Assembly (NCBI RefSeq): GCF_003704095.1
Contig: NW_020846339.1
Span: 1-64,000, forward strand
DNA: 64,000 bases
Direction of reading: 5' to 3'
Source of the DNA: Pocillopora damicornis
Lineage: Eukaryota
How positions within the stretch are numbered: the first letter of the stretch is position 1; each line of letters starts with the position of its first letter. Positions 1 to 17,212 of the stretch are shown here, piece after piece. Below the pieces are notes generated by a model, which was not told the DNA's origin, did not search any database, and saw only the letters and a list, made by a program, of their open reading frames with translations. The position numbers were made by a program, and so were the translations under genes.

Positions 1-506
1 CGAAAATTTGAGTAAAATCGGTCAAATTTTGCCTGTATTCGACGAAAACACGTTGCTAGGGTGGAGTTCAACAAGCATTCCCTATGAAATTGACTGAAAA
101 CTTTTATTTCAATTTGCAAAAGGCCCGAATTTTTCCCAGCAAAGCAAGAATCATTAGAGAAGACTTCAAACCTTACTGAACAACTGACAGAGGTAAATGT
201 TTTAATCCGAATTGTTTTAGACTCCTCTCGAGGCGCTTTTAATATGTTAAGATCGGCCGTTATGCGACTCCATTTTGAATTTCGGAAGTACTGAATTTTA
301 AGCAAAACAGTCTGTAAACGACTGGAGAGCTTTAGTTTTGGTTCCAAAGAGTGCGGTAACACTTTTATTCATATAAACTAGTACTTGAGCAAATAAATTA
401 CACTAGATTTACATACATAGTACTCGTTCTTAGTCAATGAACCGATACATTGCAAGTGAAAAGGCAGGGGATTTACTCGTTCGCTTTTCGTTTTAAATTT
501 CTCTCT

Positions 507-2653
507 TTAGGTTTGAGAGCTTTCCCGACTCGTGGCAATGTGGTGGTTAACAAGGATTTGACGTAATCTCGTGTCCTTTTTCTTCACATGGTCAAAATGC
601 TGGGACTGGGTGTTGAAGGAGTGTATTCCTTCAATCCTTTGTTCACCATGGAATCCATTGTTGAAGAAAAGGGCAAACATGTTCTTCTAGCGTATGGAGC
701 CTTGGTGTGATCATCATGTCTGGGAATTTTTCCCTAATGAACTGAAGAAAATTTGCGATGTCTTCCTCTGCAACAAGAAAAGGTGGAACAGACTTAAGAC
801 ATGATCTTATTATTGAATTCATGTTTTTCATAAAAGTGAGGTTCTTTCTTTCACTTACCTAACTTATCAATCTTGCCATTATTGAGATAGTCTGCACTTT
901 CATAGACTAAGTGGCAAGCAGTAAATAACTTGAAAACTTGTTTAAATTTAACACTAATTTCTCTTGCTTGAGAAAGGAAGGAAGGACACAGCTCCACTGT
1001 TTTTGTCACCACAGTACTGCATAGTTAAATGATATTGTCTTCCTACCAAAAAAGAAACCCGCAACAATTTAATAGAATTTTGTGACTCAACAATTTCCTT
1101 CTCTAAGGGTAGGATTTGTGTTACCTTGCAGCAAGTGTGTACATGGTTACCAATTAATGATTTTCCATGGTAAGCTTGTCTCTTGACATTCATTTTCTTG
1201 AGAACCTCATCCAAATGAACTGATAATGGTCCATTGACTTTCTCAAAGGCAGCCAATTCCATTTGTTCACCCAAAAGCTTTTCCTATAATGTTGAGATAA
1301 TACTTTTTAAATCTTGCTGTTGATAGGTTGTCAAATTCATTTGAGCCAGTGTAAATATATAAATAAATATATAAATAAATGATCTGTAAAACAAAATCAT
1401 ACCTTCTTCAACTGAAAAATTAAGATGGGTTTGAAACATGTGCAATGGAATTGGAGGGTCATACAGCTGATATACTGGAAAACACAAATATATTATTGCT
1501 ACCTCCTCCTTTGCATTTCCAAGGAGTTTGTGTATCTCCTCCTGTAGTAGTGTAAAGTAGGCAGGCATGATATGAACATTAGCATGCAGACTTTGTAAAT
1601 TCAGCAACTCCTCTAAAGAATTGGCTTTTTCATGAAATTTTTGTGCCTGTCTAGTATGTAGTTGGGCAGCTCTGAATGCCTGGATCTTTTCATCATTCTC
1701 TTCACTGTCTCCTGCCAGCATCATTTGAATGTTTTTTGTCCAGTGCAAAGCACTGGTTCTCTAGTTCATCAAACAGTTTCTTAAACACACCCAAGCTAAT
1801 GTGAAGTCCTGGAACACAAACCTGAAATAGAGAACCATTTAGTTAGGTGTCCTGTATGTCCCTCTTCAAAGCAATAAAATTAACTCTTCTAAGGGCTGAA
1901 AATGGATTATCTTATCTTTTGTTTTGAAATGAATGTCTTTATTTTCAACTTAAAAAAATATTTTATTACCTGGCCACCTGTTTTGAGGAGAATAGTTGCC
2001 CCATCCTGAGACTGTGAAAGAAACTGTCAAATGATGAACAATCCAACTTCCTCCTTTAGGGATGAATAAAATTCCTTTGGGCTGGTTAGTATTTGATAAA
2101 CTGACAGTTTTTCCCCACAAGTTGTTGTTGTGCTAGTGGTGGTTGTAAGTTCTGGTTGTATTATTTAGTACATTTACCTGTGCTAGTCCCTTTTCCTCTG
2201 CTGCAGGTATGGGTTTCACTGGGACAAGGGGGGTTGGTTTTACTGAAACTGATCTTTGGGAAGGGGTTAAGATGTGTGTGGGTGCTGTTGTAGGGCTTTG
2301 AATGCAATATTCTTGATGTTGAGGTAGTTGGTGAAGTTTTACTGTATGTTTACAAGTAGGACATTGAAAATCTAACTCTGAAAGTATAGTGCGAAGAACA
2401 AAAGGGGCTTGCTCAACGAACTTGTTAGGATTTACAGTGACAGTTCAGCACACTGGGCAAAGGGATCCACACATTTCAAAAGAAAATGACCAACAACTAG
2501 CACAAAATATGTGTGGAGTTCAGCATTTTGTCTGGACTGGTTGATCAAGTACCTCTTTTCAAATTGGGCACATATACTTGTGCTTGTTTTCAACAAACTG
2601 TTCTGGATAAAGAGGTTCTGATCCTCTAAAGCTTTGTAGATTCTTTACCTCCT
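507..2653 (-). pseudogene. Decayed, intron-containing RAG1/Chapaev/Transib-like transposase (RING + zinc finger + partial catalytic core)
   Basis: Manual minus-strand translation. About 2653-2180 gives YMCPI*KEVLDQPVQTKC*TPHIFCASCW...CPVC*...FQCPTCKHTVKLHQLPQH, a C3HC4 RING followed by a ZnA-like finger as in RAG1. About 2080-1970 ends LLKTGGQ|gt. About 1821 gives VCVPGLHISLGVFKKLFDELE. About 1250-1125 gives KRQAYHGKSLIGNHVH. About 750-510 gives ITPRLHTLEEHV and, after a frameshift, GEQRIEGIH (catalytic Glu region). Several in-frame stops and frameshifts; the central core appears to be missing. Confidence 0.75.
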
Positions 2654-3380
2654 AAAAGAATGAGAGTGTGGCTGGATCAGGTTGGAAGCTTAAAGTGCCA
2701 GTATGTAATGCCTCATTAATTGAATAATACTCCAAAGAATCATGGTGAATCGATTCAAATATCCCGGATGGTTGTCTTAATTTCAGAGAGACGCGACTCA
2801 TTAATGAAGAACTATTTGAATTTTTTATTTAAAATTAATAAATTGGAAGTTTTAAAGAAGTTAGCCGTTAAGTGCTCGAGTTTTTCCCCGTTCAAATCAC
2901 TGCTCAATTCCTGGCAAAAAACGAACCCACAGCTGAGTATTTATTAGGAAAAAAAATTAAAAATAAATAATAAAAAAGGTTAATTTTACTTTTAATTTCG
3001 AATTGCCAAGGACAACTTTCGATCAGACAAAGGGGCTTGCCTCACTTTTCAATCCAGTGGCTGCATGCAGCGAAACTGAAATATCAAATCAAAGAGTAAT
3101 TTTACGTTCAAGACCGTAAAACACGCCAAGCAGACGATTAATCTATCAGGGTTCAAGTGGTAATTTGTATGAATAATTGTAGCGAGTGTGTTTCCAAAGG
3201 TTTCCCGCAAACACGAGTATACTAGTGAACAAAAGCATGTTTCGCTAAATGGAGCCTATTTTCTTTAATATCCTTCAAATACTTTTGAAACTTACGGGGA
3301 GAAACAAATGCCTACTGCGAATCGCACTTAAAGTGATGATGAAAAAGATTTTCAGTAAGTTTCTTTTGACTTCACGAGGG

Positions 3381-3720
3381 ACGCGCAGGAGTTTGCTAAT
3401 AATACCCTCAATTACCAACTAGATACGATAGATTTAAATATCTTAAAATTCACTTTAACTCAATTGCAAATAGTTCGTAAGTATGACGACACTGATGAAT
3501 TGAAGCTAAGAGCACTTACGAATTTAATTAATTTCATGTTTATTATAGGTACGCGCAGGAGTTTGCTAATAATACCCTCGATTACCAACTAGATACGATA
3601 GATTTAAATATCTGAAAATTCACTTTAACTCAATTGCAAATAGTTCAAAAGTATAACAACACTGATGAATTGAAGCTAAGAGCACTTACCAATTTAATTA
3701 ATTTCATGTTTATTATAGGT
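3381..3720. repeat. Tandem duplication, 2 x 170 bp
   Basis: 3381-3550 and 3551-3720 both run ACGCGCAGGAGTTTGCTAAT...TATTATAGGT with only a few substitutions. Confidence 0.95.
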
Positions 3721-4036
3721 AAGGCAACTAAATTATATAAATACTACAATAATAAACTTTATTTTTCCTTTAAGGAAAGAGCAACCAAGGAGAAAAAAGT
3801 GACAAGCAAAATATGTTAGTATGGGCTCCTGGTCTCCACCCTTCCTCGACTGGGGAAGTAGAACTTATGAGTGACTTGTTGTCTCCTTATCACTTGGTCT
3901 CGTTATATTTAAGCTGCACTGTATTTTTTCTTTTTGACCGGGTTATATAAGTATCTTGGTCACTGTTATCTGTCGCTAGTGTATCCCGCAGAGAGAGACG
4001 TGATGGAACAACAATACCATTATCGTCGTGTGGGTG

Positions 4037-8146
<4,110 letters not shown>

Positions 8147-9125
8147 TTTCTGTTTCTGAAAAAGAAATACAATCACATGAAGGAGTAAATGATAAACATA
8201 AAATTCTCTATATATGCTCTTTCTGTGTGTCATATCTTACCAGTTACCTAATTTTGTGTAGACAGTTCTTGAAATTTACTGGGTTGAATTTAACTTCAAC
8301 AATCTCTCCAAGGAAATGGGAAATTTGGTAGTGTCTACTGTTGTGCCGACAGCAAATAACTGATTAAATCAGTCACATAACATATTCTTTTAGACATTCA
8401 GACTTTTAGCACTTTACATTATACCGAAAAGCCAACATCCCTGTGTCTGGAATGACAATACACTGATTTTTTAGGTCATTTTTACCATTATAGTCTCTTT
8501 TCAATTTTTTCTTATCTTTTGTTTCAGAAATTGTTTAGATATAGTAGAGGTTCTAATTCTCTTGTGATCTTATCGCAAAATAATGAACTGGCATTGAATT
8601 TATTAAGTCTTTATGAAATAAATATGTCATATAAAATTATATTCTGTGATTAACAAATACATTGAATAAAACTGTATTGTACTAACGTATTGTTTCTAAA
8701 ATTAAATCGAATCCATTCGAGCACATATCAAATGCCGCAATATTCCTGTGTTATAATTTCATAAATCTTGCTTCTCATCAGCACCATAAAATTAGTAACC
8801 CTGATCTCGAGTTAATCACAACCGACCAAAACAAATTGAAGCTGGTTGATGGAAAACGGTACGATCACCTTTTTATTATTCCCTTGTGCTAGATCTCAGT
8901 CTAAATATATGTTTCTGACTGAACTGCGCCGACACATTTAAAAGATAATCTACAAAGATAAAACTAAAACAGAGAAATGGAAGAGGAAGCCAAATTGAAC
9001 GCGAGCTAAACTCGTGATCAGCCACATCAAGATCAGTGAGCAGTCTTCAAGGAAACGCTATGTTCCCTACCTGTTTCCTTCTTGCGTGAACTTCTTCAAT
9101 ATACCACGATGAACACCACCGACAT

Positions 9126-9495
9126 TCCTGTGACTCGAGGTCATAAGCTTCTGCACGAAGCACGTGTATCTATTTGTACAGTTCCCAAGCGCTATAAACA
9201 TTGGGCCCAGTGCTCTCAACCTACCCCTCCCTGGTCAGAAATATCTCTGAGCAAAAATGACTTGACCAATACTTTCTAAACCAAATTTTCCATACTTTAC
9301 GTTGCAATTAAACTATAAAACCGACCTTATTGCAGACCAGCAATTATTAGATCAGGAACAAAATGCACAATGGGTGTAGATTTCTGAAACTTCCGAATAT
9401 CTTTCCAGGCCCTAGTGAGGGATATTTACCCTTGCAAAGGACTGGAGTCTAGGGAAGCGGTAATTCTTCCCCATTCCTCGTAGTTCATTTCAACA
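9126..9495. promoter_or_regulatory. Bidirectional promoter region of SRM and PPIH
   Basis: The SRM 5' exon (donor at 9070) and the PPIH ATG (9496) face away from each other about 0.4 kb apart. Confidence 0.7.
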
Positions 9496-12400
9496 ATGGC
9501 GGCAGCATCGTCTTCAACGGGTGCCTCGAACCCCTCAAATCCCGTTGTTTTCTTCGATATATCCATAGGGGGACAGGTAATGCCACTTCGATTTCGTTTT
9601 TTTTTTTTTATATTTTTTCTTCCTGATGATCATCTTTCTGATGGCTGAGAGCAGGACTCGCAAACAAGTGGTTCATCGGGATGCATGTGCAGGTTTCAAG
9701 CACGCGAAAAGCTTTTGGTTGTGCGATACACACGTCTTGATAAGATATGAAGCAAACAGGAAGATTGGAGAACACGATAGTTGCGTTAGAGTTGCTTAAG
9801 GCGTAGCTGAGAGCAACGAAAGCTTTTTTTTTTATGTCAAATGGACTTTAAGTCATCTGACCTGATCGCGAAGTTATGTCGCTTGAAACTATAGCTGTGT
9901 TGCCTAAGAATTTCGTTTCCAACGCAGTATTTTACGTGAAAAATTTCAAAATTGATGGGAATCACTAAATTTTTATAGATCACCTAAGCTTTTACTGTAG
10001 TGAATACGAGCTTGACCTTGGTTAGCTAAACTATTCCAATATTTATCCATCAATTTATCTATTTTAATATTTATTGATTTTAATATTTTATTGACATTGA
10101 TCTTTTTTTTTTTACCTTCATTTATCTAATATGTAGTATTTTGTAATCAAGTATGCATTTTGTTCCAAAATGTAGGAGGTTGGAAGACTGAAAATGGAGC
10201 TGTTTGCAGATGTCGTACCGAAAACAGCAGAAAATATGAGGTGGTTTTAATTGTCCCGGAGTAAATCTAGAGTACCCCTTTACTTTACTGAAGAACATTT
10301 TACCTCTCCTAAGCTCTTATTCTAAAGAAGGAAATGTGTTTCTTGCATGCATAATGATGAACAGTAAAGTAACTAGAAAATAAATGACTAACTGCAACTT
10401 TAACCCTTTAACTCCTATGTGTAACCAAGACAGAATTTCAATTAATCAATACAATATTAAGCAGACAAGTGATGAGAATAAATAAAAATACTAATTAGGG
10501 GATTATTAATTGATCCAGTACTAAATTCTCAAAATTAACATCACAAGAACTATATGGCAGACAGTAAGGAGAACTATGAATGAGATCTTGGGAGGTAAGG
10601 GTTAATTACAGAAATCTGTGGCATAGCTGGAGTATTTTTAAAATTCAGCCTTTTCTCTTGTTATTTTTATGTATCATTTATTAATTAATTCGCTATTGAA
10701 AAGAGGAAACAGTTTGAAAAGAGCACAAACTCATGAAAAAACTTCAATTGAGTCTCATGGAAAGCAAAATGTTTCAAATTTAAACCAAGAGAAAATGTAA
10801 AAATGCTTGAATTAGCTTGTGTACAGCCTCCCCTCTACCCCAAACAACATCATAAAGGGGTCCTTTCCCAATTTTTTTGTGTGTTTGTGTTTAGTACATG
10901 TAGGGATAGGCTCAGTACAAGGGCCTTGACTCTTGTCTGAAGAAATGAATTTGAAGCTTTTTATGTCTCCCCTTACATGTATTTACAATCCTTTGGATAC
11001 TTGATCTACATCAAGCTCTCCCTTTTTTGTAATTATTTGGATTGTAGTCTGTATGAACTTTTTCTAACTGAATAAATTCATGTAGTCCTCCATCAATGTA
11101 AATCCAAATTGGATGAAGCAGGAGATAATTATGTCTGCACACAAGACAACAAAACATTTAACCCAATCAAAGTGTCAGTGTTCAGTAGTGACATGGTTGA
11201 TTCTACTGTAGTTTTGTTCATTCTTCACGTGACACTTAGTCAAAAGTTTTAACTCCACAATACCTTTTGGCAAACCTTTATACACATGTTTCTTCTTTAC
11301 TTTCCATTTTTATTTCCAGACAACTGTGCACAGGAGAATTCAGGTAAAAATATGTTTTGATATTATTCCTCTGCTTTACCTGAATTAAAGAAATTACAGA
11401 AAAAAGGTTTGATCCTAGGTTTAACCTTGATCTCAGGTTAACCCTTTACACTCTAACATCAGTATGCATATTCTCCATACTGTTCTCTATACATTTCCTA
11501 AGGTGCTGATAAGGAGAATTAGCTTAACGATCCAGAGCTTCTGTAGTTGTTGATCATTTTCATTATTCTCATGACCTTAATGTGTGATTCAGGGGTGATA
11601 TTGTAAGGAGAGATTAGATGCTGGGCACTCTTAGGGGCTAAAGAGTTAAGGTTCACCACACATATTCTGTCCAATGTCTGTCTGATTGATTTATTTAACT
11701 GTAGATGGAATGAGCAATGATTTTTTTGGTTGTTTTAAAATAGTACATTCTGTATGTAAATAAATTCAAGAAATCTTCTTTGTTCTTAATTACAGCCACT
11801 CTCATTTTTTTTCTGTCATAGAAAAGATGGAATACCTCAAGGATTCAAAGGGGCCTTCTTTCACAGGTTTGTTGTAATTTTAGTTACATACAGTAAAGAC
11901 CTCTAAAATGATTGCCTTTTTTTGTTTTTTGTTTTAATTTAGGAACAAAACATTGCATGTCTGTACTACATGTACACCGTATAAACTAAGGCAATTATAA
12001 ATGTCGTAGTGTCTAAGAATGCAAATTTTTGTGATGGTATATAATTATTGCACATAGCAATGATACTTGTCATCTTTGATTGCTTCTTTAAGATTTATGC
12101 TTTTATCTGGCAGGGTTATAAAAGACTTCATGATTCAAGGTGGCGACTTTGTCAAAGTAAGTGCTGGCTAATGCTTGGTATCCAGAATCCATGTCACTCA
12201 GGACTTTCAAAAGCAAAGGTTATCTCCTCCCTCCAAACTTTAACTGTGCATCTGACTATTTGTTCCACATTAATCAAAACTATAATAAAATTCTCAAACG
12301 TGACTGGTTATCATCAGGCCAATTTGAGCACTAATAGGACAGCATATGTATCATGCTTGTAATTGGACAGTTAGAGGGTCAGTTAACATGTCATGCCTGT

Positions 12401-14933
12401 GTAAGTGGACAGAACACACCATGTGTGCATGCTTTTGTCTCACATTTTGCAAAGTTAATCGTTGCCATTGTTGTTGTTGTTTTTTTTTTATGGAAATGTA
12501 CACATAACTGATGTCTAGTTTCTTTCTGAAATTTTGTCATAATTTTGACTAATTGGTAACAGGACTTTGTGTGGTCCAGTTCTGTCTGTGATCAGTCTGA
12601 CTTGTGATTAATAAATTAGACTCCCACTTCACAGTAGTCCGATTTTGTTGATCACTTGAATGTATGATTACAGACAGAATAGGGCTCGACTCAGTCTTAT
12701 TACCATTATTAATTTATTAAAAAATATTAATCTCTCATGTCATGTTTATTAATCCTGTTAATGAAGAAAGAAACTTGAGTAAAATGTTTGTGGCCAGTCC
12801 CCACTGTAGTTTCATATGCTCACTGAGAGAATACTTTTGCTGGATGCGTGGCAACCCCCTACTCTGTCAGCATGTAAGGGTTGAAATAAATTTATTCAAG
12901 GTCCTTAATTGATCCATGTCTCACATATGTGGTATATGCAGTCTATTTTTTCCTGCACATAATTTTTTTTAAAAATTTTTTCTAAGGGTGACGGTACAGG
13001 GGTTTTTAGTATTTATGGAGAGGTTGCATTCCCTGATGAAAATTTCAAGTTAAAACATGATGCACCAGGTCTTCTATCTATGGTGAGTGTGATTCAACAA
13101 GTTTATATGATTATGCAGTAGTTCATTGGTATAAATAGTATCTTACTTCTTTGCATTTCTTTTGATGGTAATTACATGCAACAAGAAGTCTCAGTGCACC
13201 TCTAATACTCTCCACTATTATATTGGTAGTGATACTGGTTATACATTTGCATGATATGATAATGATAAAACAATGCATATTTACTTATAATGATGACAAA
13301 TAATTGGATTAGGATGATGGTTGTGGTGCAACAGCAGAGCAGGCTGGCAGTGATGATAATGAAATCAATTCATCTACTTAGGCACAATCCTTAAAATGTT
13401 CAAGGAGAGAGAGGTTCCTGAGATCGATCAAGTTAATTTTTAATCTGATCATATACAGGACTGGATTGCATTGATGGTTACAATAATTGCTTTATAGCTT
13501 GGTCCATTCTTGACTTCTTTGATTTAAATGATAAATTTATCCAATGGTATTTTTAGGCAAACAGTGGTCCAAACACAAATGGATGTCAGGTAAGCATACA
13601 TGTAAACAGTATAGTTATATTCAAAGGTATTTAACATTTGTTGCACTATTAAGGCTGTGTTCATGGTAATGTTTAGATTTCAGTTTTCATTTATCTTTTT
13701 TCTCTGAAAACTGTGCCCCTTTTAGAACAGAGAATGTATACAGACAAATTTAGAGCACCCTTTCATGCTAAATGGAGACGTTGTCTTTCCATTTTGTCAT
13801 GCAGTTCTTTATCACCTGTGCCAAGTGTGATTTTCTTGATGGGAAGCATGTTGTATTTGGTAAGTATAATTAAAACAATATGAACAAAGTTAATTTCTTC
13901 GTGGAGATAATAATAAAACCTCCATTAATTTAGTTCCCAGGTTCACCATGTACAGTGTAGTATTACCATCTTGATACTTGTGAATAATTTTTTTAATCAG
14001 TCAACAATGTTTGTAAAATGAAGTAAATAATTATAATTTAATGTATTTGATTTATGTTGTTAAGAACGTTGTTGTTGTTGTTGTTGCCAATGAGTGTTGT
14101 CTTTTTAACCTATTGAGATTTATTTCCTGTAATTATTCATTTGTTGTGGTTATTATTTGTTATGACTGGCATTCAATGTAAACTAGAAATTAGAAATTTT
14201 CTCTTCCCATGTAGAATTTGCCAGCAATTTGTGTGCATTTTTATATTTTCCCTTTGGGAATTCCAAGTTATCTATTGAAGGAATGTTACACTTCTAAAAA
14301 GGGTAATATTCTGTTTACATATTATTTTATGTGATTATTGGAAAATCAGTATTCACATTTACTGTTGTGATTTTAGGTAAAGTTGTTGATGGACTGTTAG
14401 TGATGAGAAAAATAGAGGTATTGTTAAGTTTGTGTGTACATTGTATGTTCATTTGTACAGTTTTGTGAGTTTGCTTGAACTTTGTGCATATTTTAGAGTT
14501 TCCTGAAAGAAGGAAGGGAAGGCAAATAAATCTCACTTCCCAGCCTAAAATTTTCCCCAATAGTATTGCACTCTTTTTGTTTTTAGAATACATCCCCTCA
14601 CCAAGTTCAGTGTACCTAGTGTAATTCTCAGTCTATGTAAAAAATGTCCCAAAAAAAATCTTGGTGTAATACCTTCTTGCTGCTCTCCTGGGTAAATCCT
14701 CATTGATGTTATAATATGTGATAAATTAAGTTACTGTACAATGAATTTTGCCTGTATATCTTGTGGAAACGTAGTTTAGCCTTTCTCTGTCTTGCCAATA
14801 TAATTTTTATTGCTCAGTAAAGTGATTTACGACCCTATTATCGTTGTCATTTATCTCCTTTTAGAATGTTCCTACGGGACCCAACAACAGACCTAAATTA
14901 CCTGTGGTTATATCACAGTGCGGAGAAATGTAG
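9496..14933 (+). CDS. PPIH: Peptidyl-prolyl cis-trans isomerase H (cyclophilin H, U4/U6 snRNP)
   Basis: Exons 9496-9576, 10176-10240, 11320-11343, 11822-11866, 12114-12156, 12987-13082, 13557-13589, 13805-13859, 14377-14417, 14865-14933. Protein: ...[75 protein letters not shown]...[34 protein letters not shown]...[22 protein letters not shown]. The C-terminus is diagnostic of PPIH. Confidence 0.97.
10400..10605. mobile_element. TTAA-bounded MITE (piggyBac-like termini)
   Basis: TTAACCCTTTAACTCC...GGAGGTAAGGGTTAA inverted termini. Confidence 0.75.
11438..11649. mobile_element. TTAA-bounded MITE
   Basis: TTAACCCTTTACACTCTAA...TTAGGGGCTAAAGAGTTAA; related copy at 6844-7059. Confidence 0.75.
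12270..12712. repeat. Interspersed repeat with an internal imperfect hairpin (PPIH intron)
   Basis: Imperfect inverted repeat across about 12555-12705 (GGTAACAGGACT...TCTGTCTGTGATCA / TGATTACAGACAGA...AGTCTTATTACC). Confidence 0.45.
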
Positions 14934-15348
14934 AGTTGAATGTATCTTTTTTATANNNNNNNNNNNNNNNNNNNNNNNNNNNNNNNNNNNNNNNNNNNNN
15001 NNNNNNNNNNNNNNNNNNNNNNNNNNNNNNNNNNNNNNNNNNNNNNNNNNNNNNNNNNNNNNNNNNNNNNNNNNNNNNNNNNNNNNNNNNNNNNNNNNNN
15101 NNNNNNNNNNNNNNNNNNNNNNNNNNNNNNNNNNNNNNNNNNNNNNNNNNNNNNNNNNNNNNNNNNNNNNNNNNNNNNNNNNNNNNNNNNNNNNNNNNNN
15201 NNNNNNNNNNNNNNNNNNNNNNNNNNNNNNNNNNNNNNNNNNNNNNNNNNNNNNNNNNNNNNNNNNNNNNNNNNNNNNNNNNNNNNNNNNNNNNNNNNNN
15301 NNNNNNNNNNNNNNNNNNNNNNNNNNNNNNNNNNNNNNNNNNNNNNNN

Positions 15349-16430
15349 AAAGGAATGAGATTGATTCTCTTTTAATAGAAAATTTTGTTGAACATACATG
15401 TAATATTGAATGAAGAAGGAAGAAGTTTGGTGAAGAACTTAATTTTTGTAAAATGTTTGCTGTAGCATTAAGTTAATAATCTATTTCAACTAACTGGACG
15501 CACAGCTCATTGTTGCTATCTAAGAATCAATTAAAAAACTCAAATGTAACTCCTAAATGTATGTACAATGTTATTCTTTAAAAGCACTGTTTGCTTCATC
15601 AGATGAAATGAATAAATTTTCACTATATTTTAAAAAACTCCACTAAATAGCTCCTTTTGTTTATACATTCTCTGTGTACATGGCGTCTCTTCGTTAATAA
15701 TATGTGCTACCAGCTTCATTTCTGTTGGATTTTTAGAATGCCACTACACAATACATAAGACACATTTGATGTGTAAAAGACAGCAAGTGTTTAAGGTGGT
15801 GAAATCCTGCAATTTGAATTTATTAAATTGACCACCCATGAAGAAATTCCTTTCACTTATAATGGGAAATAAATATAATTTCCAATTTCCTACTGTGATT
15901 GTTTGTTGTAACAAGAATTCACCATAAACATTTCATTTGCTGAAGACCACATTACCTTTACCAGTCTTTTCTTTAAAGAATTTGATGCTTTGGCATCTTA
16001 ATTGACATACATGGGGTGCTACAATTACATTAAGACCAAGGCTTGTCTTAAACAACTGCCCCGACTTAAATAGCTATAAATATGACCTAAAGATCGTACT
16101 GATGTTAACTGTACATTTACTGTACATTTGCATCAATTGCAATTCTTTAAACTTTCAACTGTACATCGAGTGGAATAATTTAAATAATCTTGCCACATTC
16201 AATTCAATTCATCCTCAAAAATGCCAAACAATTTTACTGCCAACTTTCCTTTTTGCCTCAAAAGTATTGGTATCTTCATCAAGATATTTTTTTAGAACTT
16301 GGAAATCCACTTTTTTTTCCGCTTAAACTGTTTCATCTTCAAAATCCTTTCCGCATGAAGAATGAAGTTAGCGGAGTTGACTTTCTTCTTACAAAGGGCT
16401 ATGTCCAAAAGAATTTGGAATAGAGTATTT
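15349..16430. repeat. PPIH 3' flank, duplicated at about 28630-29700 (left edge of the cassette 1/2 duplication)
   Basis: Colinear similarity, e.g. AAGGAATGAGATTGAT vs AAGGTATGAGATTGAT, and the shared strings CTATTTCAACTAACTGGA and GAATTTGGAATAGAG. Confidence 0.9.
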
Positions 16431-17212
16431 TGTTCACATAAGCTGAACGCTCTTTGTGCGGTACTGCTCAAAAGTAACTTCGCTAGGGCTAGTTCTTATC
16501 TTCTTGACAATAACCTCGCGAATTACCTGGTATTTTTACTGTACGCTTGTCCCTCTTCGTTGCCTCGTCTGAACACTAATGACTTTCTTTTTTCGGTACT
16601 TCTTTTACTGATCTTTCGTGTAAGTAAACCTGCTTTCTTTCTGGATTCAAGAAGTATTTAAATGATTTTTTTTTTAAAAACAAAGATGACACTTACTTGA
16701 CGGATTAGTCGAAACATGAAGTATTTTTTCTTTCTGGAGCTTGTATTCTGATATTAATTCTTATATATAATAAAGGAGAAAAGAGAAACATTGATCAATT
16801 TACAATTGTTGGTATGGAATATCCTGATCATTGGATAATGCAATTAGAGAGTTTTCATTGGTTTAGCCGTCATGAGTTATGAGCCAGTATACCATGCGCA
16901 AGCAATAGGACGAGTTAAATCGGAACTGTTTTTGTACATTTTAAAATTCTGTTTGTTCTTACAAAATAAAGTTTGGGGCGTTTTTAATTACACTTTTCTA
17001 CTCGGGCTTGTTGGATATGAGATGATATACAACCAACGAGGTCCGTAGGCAATTGTTTTGGTCGTTGAGAAAATTGGTCTTACTTATCAATTTGAACTGA
17101 CTCTCGAAATCATATGGTCACCTGTACTCATTGCGTCTAGCCAAACAAATTAAACAATGAGTTTCCTCCAAAATTAAAAATAAGAGCTAAGAAACAGTTG
17201 TTTAATCCTGTA

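Noticed and set aside
14866-15413. Long X-containing ORFs here and at 41216, 52779-53312, 53691-54188 and 60900-61170
   Set aside because: Artefacts of N gaps.
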